Shown: positions 15,173 through 28,385 of the stretch, piece by piece | Position numbering within the stretch: the stretch's first letter is position 1 | Layout: each line of letters begins with the position of its first letter | Origin: Octopus sinensis | Lineage: Eukaryota | NCBI RefSeq assembly: GCF_006345805.1 | Contig: NC_043008.1 | Location: 68,944,001 to 69,008,000, forward strand | Direction: 5' to 3' | Length of the DNA stretch: 64,000 nucleotides | Position numbers and translations under genes: made by a program | The notes under the pieces: generated by a model | Databases searched by the model: none | Told to the model about the DNA's origin: nothing | Seen by the model: the letters and a program-made list of their open reading frames with translations, nothing else

Positions 15173-15360
15173 CGGCGAACCGAAAGAAACGTTATTGCAT
15201 TGCACAAAATGGTTAGTGGCATATCTTCTGGCACTTTACGTTCTCAGTTCAAACCCACCGAGGTCACCTTTGCCTTTCATCTTTTGGGGTCAATAAAATA
15301 AGTGGCAGTGGAACACCAGTGTCAGTTAAATTGACTTGCTTCCTACCTCGCCAATTTCAG
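15173..15360 (+). mobile_element. Diverged OK-like SINE
   Basis: CAGTTCAAACCCACCGAGGTCACCTTTGCCTTTCATCTTTTGGGGTCAATAAAATAAG. Confidence 0.7.
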
Positions 15361-17103
15361 ACCTTTTGCCTATATTAGAAAAGGAAAAAAAAGTGTGTAG
15401 CCAAAACACTATTAGTATTGTAACGCTTTCGTATAAAAATGGCGTTACTTCCGGTTTTCTGTGGTCATTTTGTCGTAATCCAAGTTAAGTAGAGATTTTG
15501 GTGCTCTATCTTGTCTGTATTTATTTGTATTTGTATGCGTGTGTGTGTGTGTATGTGTGTGTGTTTGGTGCGTGTATTTTTGTGTGTGAATGTGCATGTG
15601 CGTGTGTGTGTATGTGAGTGTGCTTGCGTATTTGTGTGTTTGAGTGTGTGTGTGTGTGTGTGTGCGTGCGTGTGTGTGCGTGTGTGGTTGTATTTTTCTA
15701 CATTTTCCATGTTCTTGTTTTCTGACAGTTATTGACTCCAAATAATTTTCTGGTTCTGTGTTTGTTCTGCATGCTGGCTTTTCATCAGCCGACCACCGTT
15801 CCAATGGTTTCTGCTATAGTATATACACTATTTAGTACGTCCTTCCTTTGAAAGGGCATTTGCATGTGGATCGGCAGAAATTTATCAACAATTTCGTGTA
15901 AGTCAAGTGACGAAGTAAAAGCGACATACTTGACTCGTGGAGATATATTACAGGATGGAAGCATGAGATGTTGTGTTGTGGTGGTGAGATAGTGGAGTGG
16001 TAGTTGTTGTAGTATGATTATATTATTGGTAGTAGTAACTTCGGATGGATACTGGATTGGGTGATAGGCTGGGAGTGTGGAAGTGTGGAGGCATCGTCGA
16101 AGAGTAGTTATGTGATACTATGGTACTATGTTTGTGTAGCGGCAGTGGTGGTGTTGTATAGTGTGGTAGCGTGGTAGCATAGTATAGTCTGATAGAATGT
16201 TAGCTGTAGGGGGTTAGTGTATTAAAGTTAACGTGGTATAGAGGTACCATTATGACTCTATGTCAGTGTGCTCGTATGATAATGACATAACGTGGTAGTA
16301 AATAACCAAGTGTTACTGTGGTAGTACGGTAATGTGTTAGTATGTTAATAGTCACCTGATAGTGTGGTATGTGACGATGTAGTATAGTAGTATTGTGATA
16401 GTGTGTTTGTGTGGTAGTAGATGTGTGCTGAACTTATCAGTAAAAAGTTAGACGTGACATACTTATTGATGAAATGTAAACACAGCCACAATGGAGTTGA
16501 GAATATTATTTATTAATAAAGCTGCCTTTGTCTCTTCATTAAGAAACTGTCTTTGACACACACACACACACACAAAGGCATAAACACACATACACATACA
16601 TAAACATACATACACATACGTACACACACACGAACTCATGCAAACATCCCGGCTAACAAAACACATTCACATACACACACATCCGCACACTCACGCACAC
16701 ACATACACACGCATACTCACACAGTCGTAAGACAAGCACACAAAGACACAGACAAATATAGACACACACACACATACAAAAATACAGGCACACACACAGA
16801 CGCGCGCACGCACAGAAAATATATGATGTTCTTTTTTGCTAGTCAAACAATAATAGAATACGAAGTAGAAAATGGTGGTGGTAGTGGTGATGATGATTAT
16901 GATGATGATGATGATGCTGACAACGGCGACGACGAGGACTGCGATGACGTTGCCGCCGTCGCCGCCGTCGCCGCTGCCGCCGACGAAACCGATGAAGAGG
17001 ATAACCTTGCCATTGTTGATGAAACAAAACTGTTTATGGCAGAGATGTTGCTACTACTGCTGTTGCTGACGATGATGATGATGATGACAGTAAATAATAT
17101 TTC

Positions 17104-17625
17104 CTCCTCTTGGCACAACGCCCGAAATTTTGGGGGAATAGGCCAGCCACTAAGATCAACTCAAGTACGCAACCGGTATCCCGAAAGGATGAAAGGCAAA
17201 GTCGAACTCGGCGGAATTTGAACCCAACACGTAAAGACAGACGAAATACCTATTTCTTTACTACCCACAAGGGGCTAAACACAGAGGAGACAAACAAAGA
17301 CAGACAGACGGATTAAGTTGATTATATCGACCCCAGTGCATAACTGGTACTTAATTTATCGACCCCGAAAGGATGAAAGGTAAAGTCGACCTCGGCGGAA
17401 TTTGAACTCAGAATGTAACGGCAGACGAAATACCTATTTCTTTATTACCCACAAGGGGCTAAACACAGAGGGGACAAACAAGGTATTAAGTCGATTACAT
17501 CGACCTCAGTGCGTAACTGGTATTTAATTTATCGACCCCGACAGGATGAACTCAGAACGTAACGGCAGACGAAATACCGCTAAGCATTTCGCCCGGCGTG
17601 ATAATATTTTTTCCAGCTCGCCGCC
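17104..17625 (-). mobile_element. Tandem multimer of a second tRNA-derived SINE (Octopus OK-like)
   Basis: Minus strand GGCGGCGAGCTGG head, GAGTTCAAATTCCGCCGAGGTCGAC..CCTTTCATCCTTTCGGGGTCGATAAATTAAGTACC core; repeated about 3 times and joined at TATTTCGTCTG. Confidence 0.85.
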
Positions 17626-17641
17626 TTAATGACAGTAAATA

Positions 17642-18869
17642 TTAGGTCGTTATGTATGAAATTTGTAGAAAAGAAAAGAAGTTTGCTAATGTTTTAAATA
17701 TACAACGAATAGTTTTATGCATCAAAGTATGTACCCATATTGTCGATACACTTTTGCCATTTCAGTGGTAGCTCGTCCGACCCAGAACTGTAACAACCTG
17801 GCAATCTAGAGTCAATAAAATCTTGGAAGGCCTGTTTTACAGCATCATCGGAATCAAATTTTTTTCCAATCAAAAATTTATCCAAATTCTGGAAGAAGTG
17901 GTAGTCAGTGGGGACAAGATCAGATAAGTATGGTGGATGATGGAGAATTTCCAACTCCAACTCCTGTTGTTTCGACAATGTCATTTTTGCAAGGAGTAGT
18001 CTGGCGTTGTCTTGCAATAAAATTTGTCCACTAATCTAGGCTATTTTTTGTAAGTTTCTGCATCATTTGGTCCAGTTGGCTGCAGTATACTTCAACCGTG
18101 ATTGATGAGCCAGGTTTAATGAAATCATAATGGATCACACCTGCGCCAGACCACCAAACACGCACTATCAGTTTCTTCTGATGAATTTGGCTTTTTGAAC
18201 GTTTACGGTTGTTGTACTGGATCCATTTCTCAACAAATGCTACAATTTGATTAAAAAATGATTAATTTTTGTGACGAGAAAATAGCATAATGAAGGCTTC
18301 CAAACGTTGCTGTTTCTGATTTTCAGTGAGTTCATGTGGAACCCACTTATCCAAAGTTTTCACTTTACCGATTTGAACTAGGTGAGTCAATGTTCTTTGC
18401 TTGCTAACACCAAACAACAGTGATAATTCACGGGCACTTTCAGATGGATCTGACTCGACGGTGGCTTTCAGTTCGTCATTATCCACCTTTGTTTCTCGTC
18501 TACCGCGTTGCTCATTTTTGAGGTCAAAGTTACCAGAATGAAATTTTGCAAATCAATTTTATACAGTCTGCTGTGTAATAACATTAGAATGGAATGCTTC
18601 ATTAATATTCCGAGCTGTCTGTGATGCTATATTTTCAAGAAAGAACTCATATTTCAAAACTGGACGAATACCCGACTTATCCATCTCTAAACAAAAATAG
18701 CAAAAAAAACGATTTATGAATACTTTATAAAGCGCAAAATGAGTTAGAATAAAGAAATAGATGTGTTAGCTTTCTAACAAAAAAGTAAGATTGTCAAAAT
18801 ATAATAATGGCGCAAGATGAGCAGCTCTTAAAATTTACCTTACTGTAAATTTTATAATTGTCGACCTAA
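17642..18869 (-). mobile_element. Mariner DNA transposon relic (1228 bp)
   Basis: TA-flanked TIRs TTAGGTCG... / ...CGACCTAA; DKWVPHELTE, QDNAR..HPPYLSDLVPTDYHFF..WQKCIDNMGTYFD. Confidence 0.92.
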
Positions 18870-19484
18870 TATTAATAACGTAATGCAGGGAGTAAAGAGC
18901 TCACTTTCCCCAAAAATTGCATCCGCATCACAAAATCTAAAAAACAAAGCAAAACATAAATGAAGACAGTAAGAACAATGAACGGAAGCACAAATTAGCG
19001 TGTAAAATGGTGACAGTATATTATGCTTTATACACAGCATGCACTGTAGGACATTCTCTTCACCTGAAAATTCCTTCATCTTCCAACACCATCATCCCAC
19101 CGAGAACTGTGGAATTGTATTAATCTACTAAGAAATGTTCGGGAATTTTTGATTAGCATTTTCTGTTTTATTCATATTTTTGCACCTGCAGCCGCCATAC
19201 TGAAGTGGATACAGCTGCAAACATCCTCATTATGCTGGAATTATTTTTCAATATGACTTTCACCATATCTATGTTGAAGTATCAAACCCCACTTTTCTCC
19301 CTAGTGCGCCAATCAAAGCTGGCTTACCTCACCAAAGACTAATATTTTCAACTGTGTAGGATTATTAGAATCTGTAACGATTACACACCATCTTGCATTC
19401 ACTTGTACGAGTACATTTCACTACACACACACGCACGCATATATATATATTATATAATATATATATATATATTATATATATATA

Positions 19485-19517
<33 letters not shown>

Positions 19518-19806
19518 ATGCGTGGTGTGGTGTAGTGAAATTTACTCGTACAAGTGAATGCAAGATGGTGTGTATCGTTACCAGATTCAAATAATCCTAC
19601 ACAGTTGAAAATATATATATATATATATAAATAATAAAATTTAGGAATATATCCAAATTTACAGGGAAAAAAATCAGATTTAGGATTAAATCCAATTTTA
19701 TAGTAAAATATTATAAAATATTATTTGAGACAAACCACTATTTTGCAAAACAAAAAGGAAAGACTTAATCAATACATAAAATTAATAAATAGTCAAAAAA
19801 AAACCG

Positions 19807-19849
19807 CCACTACAATCGTTTCTTGTCTTGATCGACAATCTTCAGGTGG
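19807..19849 (-). ncRNA. Minimal type I hammerhead ribozyme (left arm, mirror copy)
   Basis: Exact reverse complement of 21350-21392. Confidence 0.8.
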
Positions 19850-21349
19850 ACTTCCAATCTAAAAAATCAAAATTTTAAAATATAAAAATAATACTTTTAA
19901 ATAATTAAAGTATAAATGAAAAAATATAAGTATATAATCCATATAAACTATATATAATCCATATCGAAAATAAGACTAATTACCACGAATTCCCTAAAAA
20001 ACCATGAATAAAACAAAACTCTTAAAAACATATAACGATAAAAACTCCCTTTGCTAAACTCTATAACAAACTATAAAGTAAACCCCTAACCTAAACATTC
20101 ACACACAAATACACACACGTAAACCACAGACTCACGACTTATACACATACCTATACTAACTTTATAAACCTCATATACAAAACCCACTCCCTCCCCACAC
20201 AGACAAATTAACACATACATCCAAAACCTAAATAAACAAACCCATATACACATTCACACACAAAACACACACTCACACGCAAAACACTCACACACAAAAG
20301 ATACATATACTCCCTCACATATACGCCTATACATACTCACTAAACTCGACATATACAACAATACTTACACACCCACAAAAAACATTATATAATTTATGAG
20401 CTTTAACTCACCTTAGCATCTCTATAACAAACAACTTACAGTAACCCAATCCCATTCTCTATGCCTACCTCACTACTACACTATTCATTCACATTCCAAG
20501 CAACGCTAGTCCACCACCCGGTTATTCACGTGGCAAAACGAAACACCACTCAAAAATTATGAATGAAAAATGTAAAAAAATAACCACACCTAAAATAGAC
20601 AAAATACCACGATTTACCTAAAAAACCATGATAAACCAAAACTCATAAAAGCTTATAACGATAAAATCTCCCCTTCAAATGAAACCCACACCCATACAAT
20701 GGAATGTGAATGGAATAGTGTAGTAGTGAGGTAGGATAGAGAATGGATTGGGTTACTGTAAGTTGTTTGTTAGAGATGCTAAGGTGAGTTAAAGCTCATA
20801 AATGTATATAATGTTTTTTTGTGGTGTGTAAGTATTGTTGTATATGTCGAGTTTAGTGAGTATGTATAGGCGTATATGTGAGGGAGTATATGTATCTTTG
20901 TGTGTGTGAGTGTTTGCGTTTGATTGTGTGTTTTGTGTGTGAATGTGTATATGGGTTTGTTATTTAGGTTTTGGGGATGTATGTGTTAATTTGTCTGTGT
21001 GGGGAGGGAGTGGGTTTTGGTGTATATTGAGGTTTATAAGTTAGTATAGGTATGTGTATAAGTCGTGAGTCTGTGGTTTACGTGTGTGTATTTGTGTGTG
21101 AATGTTTAGGTTAGGGGGTTTACTTTATAGGTTTGTTATAGAGTTTAGCAAAGGGAGTTTTTATCGTTATATGTTTTTAAGAGTTTTGTTTTATCATGTT
21201 TTTTAGGGAATCGTGGTAATTAGTCTATATTTTCGATATGGATTATATAGGTTATATATGGATTATATACTTATATTTTTCATTTATACTTTAATTAGTT
21301 AAAAGTATTATTTTTATATTTTAAAATTTTGATTTTTTAGATTGGAAGT

Positions 21350-21392
21350 CCACCTGAAGATTGTCGATCAAGACAAGAAACGATTGTAGTGG
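21350..21392 (+). ncRNA. Minimal type I hammerhead ribozyme (right arm of the fold-back)
   Basis: CCAC-CTGAAGA-TTGTC(gatcaa)GACAA-GAAAC-gatt-GTA-GTGG; all core residues present; predicted cleavage after 21388. Confidence 0.82.
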
Positions 21393-21503
21393 CGGTTTTT
21401 TTGACTATTTATTAATTTTTATGTATTGATTAAGTCTTTCCTTGTTTGTTTTGCAAAATAGTGGTTTTGTCTCAATAATATTTTATATATATATAATATT
21501 ATC

Positions 21504-21548
<45 letters not shown>

Positions 21549-21549
<1 letters not shown>

Positions 21550-21740
21550 TGGCCTAGTGGTTAGGGCAGCGGACTTGCGGTCGGAGGATTCCCAGACCGG
21601 GCGTTTGTGTGTGTTTATTGAGCGAAAACACCTAAAAGCTCCACGAGGCTCCGGCAGGAGGTGGTGATCCCTGCTGTACTCTTTCACCACTCTAAAGGCG
21701 GTGCTCCAGCATGGCCGCAGTCAAATGACTGAAACAAGTA
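21549..21740 (+). mobile_element. Chimeric SINE (different tRNA head, shared tail)
   Basis: TGGCCTAGTGGTTAGGGCAGCGG A-box head joined to AAAGGCGGTGCTCCAGCATGGCCGCAGTC tail. Confidence 0.6.
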
Positions 21741-21761
21741 CAAAAAAAATATATATATATA

Positions 21762-22902
21762 CACAGGGTGCGTAAGGTACATGAGGATAGATTTATGTCT
21801 ATAAAAATACAGATATGTAATGACATATACTAACTTTATTTATCACAAAATGCTATGAGGATAAAAATAAACCTTCTTTTCTACATGCTCGAATGAAGTG
21901 GTCCTAGTTCATTTTGGACATTACTCAGTGTATGCCAGCTTTCAAAGAATCTTTGGTGTTTTGGGTGAGTTCATCGACTTCTTTCTCAACAGCGCTCCAC
22001 ATGTAGTAGTCCAATGGGTTGAAATCTAGGGAATTAGGAAGCCAAATGTTAGGGGTTATGTGATCATGAATATTTTCAACCATCCATTCCTGTGTTACTA
22101 GAGCCATGTGTGATAGTGCAAGAGTCTTACTGAAACACATGGCTTTCCATTGCATACACTGTATACCCAGGGCTTAACAATTATTTTCAGGACTTCAGTG
22201 TAGGCAGCAGAGTTAACTCTAAGGCCTTGTGGAAAGAAGTAAGGAGGCATCACATGTCCTTCATTGCTGGCAACCCCTAAAAACATAACAGTTGCTGGAA
22301 ATTTTGTATGCATAACACTTGGAACTTCAGGAGAGTTTGAGAAAAACCAAATAAAACCTTCTTCTGCTGGATTTTCAGTTTGTTTAAGAACCATTTAGAT
22401 CTGATGTAGTGCTTTTCTTTTGCCTTTTCTAACAAATTGACCTCTCCTCATCATATAAGACTTATATCTGATGTCTTCGTACACAACATTTCTGACTGTT
22501 CCTTCTGACATATGGAGATCTTTTGCAATTGACCTCATGAACTTTCTGGGATTGTAATCAATGATCTGTTGAACTTGCTGTATAAATTCAGGCGTTCTTA
22601 TGATTTCAGACCTTTTAGAATACTTTTTATTCGTTGACACTAGTGACACGTTTCCATCTACAGTCTCTAGCTCTTTACAAACTTTGTAGATGAAAGATCT
22701 GGCAACTTTTAAAAATCGAGATATTTTTAAATCGCTATGTTCAGCCTTTATAAACACAATAACAGCATGCCTCTTCATTTCTTGAGTAAGCTGAGGGTCT
22801 GCCATTAATATTTTCTGAAACAAAGATTTTACAGAGTTTATAAAAAATGCAGCAGTGGCCCCCAAAAAGGTATGTCCTCAAATACCCCATGCTCCCTTTG
22901 TG
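21762..22902 (-). mobile_element. maT/DD37D-like Tc1-mariner transposon relic
   Basis: HTH region IRTPEFIQQVQQII..MRSIAKDLHMSEGTVR; TKFPATVMFLGV..GLRVN..VKPW; WLPNSLDFNPLDYYMWS (third catalytic residue D); degenerate TIRs. D-D spacing cannot be counted because of a frameshift. Confidence 0.8.
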
Positions 22903-22939
22903 TGTGTATATATATATATATATATATCTATATATATAT

Positions 22940-22996
<57 letters not shown>

Positions 22997-23099
22997 GAGT
23001 GCACTCGCGTGCGTGTGTATTCTTAACATTTTGATAATACACATACATATATGCATATATACACTCATACATTCTCATTCACATTCATATATGTATGTA

Positions 23100-24340
23100 C
23101 AGGGGCTGGACAAACTAATGGAAACACTTTAAAATTTCAAGCAAATTTATTTTAATATGAGGAAGAACTGCCTTTGGTAGTAATTACACCTTGAATTCTA
23201 CGAGCTATGGACTCGTACAAAGTTTGAATTATTTTCAAAGGAGTTTTTGTCCATTGTTCAGCTACAACAGCCTCTAGGTTTTCTAATGATGATGGTGGAA
23301 GATATCAACTCCTTGATTTTTTTTTAAATGCACCATACATGTTCAATAATATTGAGATATGGGGACTGTGGTGGCCAGATGAGATGTTAAACGTCACAAG
23401 AATGTTCCTCGTACCATTCAGTATCAACTTTACCTGTGTGAATTGGTGCATTATAATCCTGAAAGATTGTATTTCCCTCCAGAAACAGTTCTGCAACCAT
23501 AGGATGAATTTGATCAGATAAAATGCTTAAATAGTCTTGACTATTAACTCTGCCATGAAGGGAAACCATTCGGCCGGCGGATTTCCAAGATATAGCCCCC
23601 ACCCCAGATCATCACAGATCCTCCCCCATGTTTAACAGTTGGAAGAAGGCAGTCTGGGTCAGATGCTTCTTTAGGCTGTTTCCACATGTATAGCCGGCCG
23701 GTGGTCGGAAATGCGGTAAAGGATGACTCGTCCGAGAAAATAACATTCTTCTTCTAGGGTCCAACTCCATACGTTTTTACTCCACTCTAAACGCTTTGCA
23801 ACGTTTGTTTTTGAAAATATTGGTTTTCTGATTGCATCCCTCCCGAAAAATCCGGCTTTTTGCAGCTCCCGCCGAACAGTTTTTGTGGAAACCGGGTTCT
23901 CGTGGTGGTCATTAAGCTCTGCAGTAATTTTGGCAGCTGTACTTTTGTGATCCCTTTTAACAATTCACGTAAGAGCCAGACAGTCCCTATCTGAAAGTTT
24001 TGGTTTTTTCCGGTGTTTTTGTTTCGGCGAGCAGGCTTTTCCCTCTTTCTCAAAGGCTGCCATTACTTTCGAGACAGTACTTCTTGATACACCAAACATT
24101 TCGGCTGTTCTCGTTACGCTAGCGCCTGCCACAGGAGCACCAGCAATTTGAGCACTTTGAAAGTTCGATAGATCTGTGATTTTAATGAATTATAATTACC
24201 TTTTTCTGATGGTATCTGAAAAGTAGCACCAATAGTAAATCAAAAACCATAAAAATAAACAAGCTTTTCACGGTTTTATATATATTTCAAAATTATGATG
24301 ATATGATGCAAGGCGTTCCCATTATTTTGTCCAACCTTTG
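23100..24340 (-). mobile_element. Tc1 (DD34E-type) transposon relic
   Basis: TA-flanked TIRs CAGGGGCTGGACAAACTAATGGAAACAC / GCGTTCCCATTATTTTGTCCAACCTTTG; GAISWKSAG..GRVNSQDY..IFQDYNAPIHT; WPPQSP..NIIE. Confidence 0.88.
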
Positions 24341-24391
<51 letters not shown>

Positions 24392-27065
24392 AAGTTAGAC
24401 ATGGCCTGGACCAATCTTTGGTCGAAACATATCTAAGTTTATCTAAGTTTATATATAACGATTAACCACGTGAAGTAAAGTTCATTATCATTGAAATGGA
24501 AGAATATAGTTAATATATTTCAGTCACAGTAAACACAAGCATACGGTACTCGGAGTTTCCCGGCAAACCATAGGTGTGAAGTTATCTGATATTCTCTTCC
24601 AGAAAGACTCGTATCATAGATCTATACAGTATCGATTACACCTTGAGGAACATGTCCTCGCCAATCAAAGAGCAATATACCAAAAGCTGTCCTTTCTTTG
24701 ATAGCTCTACACAACAGCGGATACGTTGTTTCGCGATCGCAAGTGAGTTACTGGTATTGCATGAGTGTCCCATGTTTTTATACTGTATGTGTGTGTTTTT
24801 GTGTTTGTGTGTGTGTATACGCGTGAGTGTGTATGCATTTTGAGGTTTATATGGACGCATAGCCTATACCCTAGAATTCCATGTGCTTCTCCATAATGTT
24901 ATAAAAGAGACTGAAAAGAACTGATGCTGTTCCGGCGAAACTTCTTATTAAGGTTTTCCTTAGAAAGTTTACAGAGTACACTCTCAAAAGTCAAGCTTGG
25001 AGAATATATTCATATATATAATGAAATTATTTATTCATACCATTTTACACGTGTTTCGCTGATCTTTGCAAGGCAGACTGATTAGAATCTGCGTCAACAG
25101 AATTAATATATGAAATACCGTGTGTGTGTGCATTGTACTTTGTATATCTGGGTTGAAGATGTTTTCATGGACTATCAACAGTTGTCACGCATGACAGGTC
25201 TTTCATTTCCTCATCACCGATGTACTCCAATGAAAAGCCGCCGATTTAAGGCTGACATACTGTGGGAACAGTGTCATTGCAGATGTTGCCAACAGACTAT
25301 AGTGTGTAGTCTTGACTATTAACTCTGCTGGAACAAATACCGCAAGGTAGCCTAACGATCTTTTATCGGTTTGATATTATTTCATATATCATTGAATAAC
25401 TTTTTGGATTTAGGTACACTGCAAGTAAGTTTGAGTAGAAGGATTTATCAATACCATCGCCTCCAGAATTCCACTGGTACTTTATTTTATACACTCTCAG
25501 GGGATGAGAGTCAAATTTGACTCGTTAGTATTTGAACTCAGAACGTAAAAACCCAGAAGTGATCATGCATTATTGGCAGCCATGTTGAGCTGATGTGAGC
25601 TTATTAATTGAATCACCAATAGGTATTCTTGGTGTTTAACTCATGTCAACCTTGATTCTACAAATCTATAGTTAAAGGCGCACAGCAATAACCATTCTAT
25701 CGCTTTCTCGCAGCATACATGATCATATTATCTTTGTCTCTTTTTTCAAGACGAGCATGTTGTAATTTGAGTGAGATTGGTTGCTATTTCTAGCCAGTTG
25801 AACAACTCTAGAAAGGTTCCCTTATTGTCTTTCATGAACTAGTGTTATATCTACAGCTTGTTTGATTTTCTAATTTTCTCTATTAATTATGGACATTTTC
25901 ATTCCAGAACATTTCATAATTTCCTTTCGCTCAGCATATTTGTTCCGCCATTCATGACTTACATATTTCTCCTCTGATTATGGCTTTCCAATATTGATCT
26001 ATTCTGACCTTTAGGGGAACTTTCAGGCTTCCTTTATATGATCTGCAAATGTATGGGACGCATTAGATGGAGGTGTCGTCTTCTAGCTATTTACTGGTAA
26101 GTTTAACTTTATTGAAAACTATATAGAGTGTGGCAATAGATTTGATTGAAGATTCTACGAATTCATCTAAGTATAAAATATTACATAGTTATGCTCTATA
26201 GTACAGTTAGAACCTAGCATTCAATTTATCTATACTCTAAATAGACCATATTATTCACTTAGTCTACACCCTACTATTAAGATAGAATATACTAAATATA
26301 CTCAATAATTGTTATCTTATTAGATTGTTATGTAATTAGAAAAGAAACTCAAAATATGCTGCTGGACAGGTTAGGCTTTTTGAGTAGAGCAGGATCTCCA
26401 GTTAGACTTAGCACTTCATTTAGACCTAGTTTTCAAATTAGAGTATTGTCTTTAATTATACTGGAACTTCTAATTAGAAAATATTCTCTAATTACACCAG
26501 AATCTTAACTATGTCTCTTCAGACATAGATCTTTAATTAAATTAGATTATTTTATAATAGTATACTGGTCATATTGATTAGATAAGATCAGTTAATGACA
26601 CACAATTCTCTAATTAGGTCAGGTGCCCTACTTACCAAGTTCCCTAATTTGATCTGGCCCGGTAATTAGACCAGATTATCTAATTACACGAAGCCTTCTA
26701 ATTAGGTCATGATAAACAAGCTATTCTTAGTTGTTTTATTAAGTAAACAGACTGTGCTGTATATTTACAACATAATGTTCGACTACTCTATGTACTCAAA
26801 CCAAAGTGACCATAAGTGGTTACTAGCTAATTAGTCATTATACCGTTCGACTATGAATATCTAATTAAACTACGATAATATATAATAATGAACTATAATT
26901 AGAATATAATTGACAATCGTTCACTATAATTTAGACCAGGGTACTCAATAAGACGATGGCTAATAATGGTGATTAATTAGATGTAGATATAATAATTATT
27001 GTTAACCGCGCAGATTAGATATAACTATTTCTATTATAGGCAAAAGACCTTAAATTTTGTGGCAG

Positions 27066-27230
27066 AGCGATAGTCGATTAAATCGACTCTAGTTCTCGAC
27101 TGGTACTTACTTTATCGATCCCAAGAAGATGGAAGGCAAAGTCAGCCTCGATAGAATTTGAACTCAGAATGTAAAGCCGGAAGAAGTGCCGCTAAGCTTT
27201 TTGCCCGGCGTGCTAATGATTCTGCCAGTC
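27066..27230 (-). mobile_element. Diverged OK-like SINE
   Basis: GGCAAAGTCAGCCTCG..ATTTGAACTCAGAA..TTGCCCGGCGTGCTAA. Confidence 0.75.
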
Positions 27231-27249
27231 TACCTCTTTGAATTAAATG

Positions 27250-27490
27250 TAATAACAATCACAGTTACTGGTAACGTAATTAATTAAAAGTAATAACAAT
27301 TACAATTTTTTGCTAATCTTACTAATTAGTGATAATAACTATCACAGTTATTACTAACCATACTAATTAGTAGTAATAACTACCACAGTTATTACTAATC
27401 TAATTAGTAGCAATAACTATCATAATTATAGCTAACCTAATTAATTACAAGTAATAACTGTCAGTCATTTCTAACCTTACTAAATAATGG
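27250..27490. repeat. Degenerate minisatellite of about 37-42 bp with an internal palindrome
   Basis: TAATAACTA(T/C)CACAGTTATTACTAA..CTAATTAGTAG units. Confidence 0.7.
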
Positions 27491-28185
27491 TATTAAAAAT
27501 CACTAATTAGATATAACGTTAGCACATTAATATATATTTAATAAAATTTAGACTGACATGTACAAGCAAGCAAACAAAAGAAATAGCAATTAAATTCCCT
27601 TAAATTAACTCCTATTTAAAAATAGGAAGGATACGTTGGATAATATAAAAATAAGTGATAGCTATGGCTGGAAGGCCTTTGATCATTGATCTATTCAGGC
27701 AGGACTGACCTAGGGCTAAATAAACAACACCACCACCACCTGCTGTACGAACTGATTCAATCGAGTTAGACTATGTTGCAAAAGAACCAATAAGAAACAG
27801 CATTACTATCGCTGCAATATTGGCTAAAAAGCATTCTGCACTGTATTCCCACCTGCTTCATCTAGCTGCACTGTAATGCACCGTCAATGTTGCATAGCAG
27901 CTGAGCTGTGTTGCACAGCAAATATCTTTCGTTGCAGCTTCTACATTAATTCATTTTGACATGTCACTCGCATGTGATTGGATAACTAAACCGCTTGTGA
28001 CGAAAGCAGAAGTGGAAACCAATGTATACATATGTATGTGTATGTATGTATATGTGTGTGTGTGTGTGTATGTGTGTACGTAAGTATATTTACATACATG
28101 AATGAGCACATGCACCAATTCTCATAGCCATGCATGCTTTCATACGCAAGTATACATAAACAGAGTCAAATCTGTCCACATAGAA

Positions 28186-28265
<80 letters not shown>

Positions 28266-28326
28266 CATGCATGCATGCATACATACATCCTTGTATATGA
28301 GTATAGCGTATATATCTATGTATATA

Positions 28327-28385
<59 letters not shown>

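Larger units (their letters stand above)
19705..21490. repeat. Large inverted repeat (arms about 19705-20500 and 20697-21490), PLE 3'-end-like
   Basis: The arms are reverse complements, e.g. CCGCCACTACAATCGTTTCTTGTCTTGATCGAC vs GTCGATCAAGACAAGAAACGATTGTAGTGGCGG. Differences are mostly 1-2 nt indels. Confidence 0.9.

Noticed and set aside
16823-17221. 132-aa acidic/Ala-rich ORF
   Set aside because: Built from GAT/GAC/GCC repeats and runs into an antisense SINE.
24395-24440. GACC/GGTC-GAAACATATC and CTGATGC..GGCGAAAC (about 24930) hammerhead-like strings
   Set aside because: CTGANGA or the stem III/NUH elements are missing.
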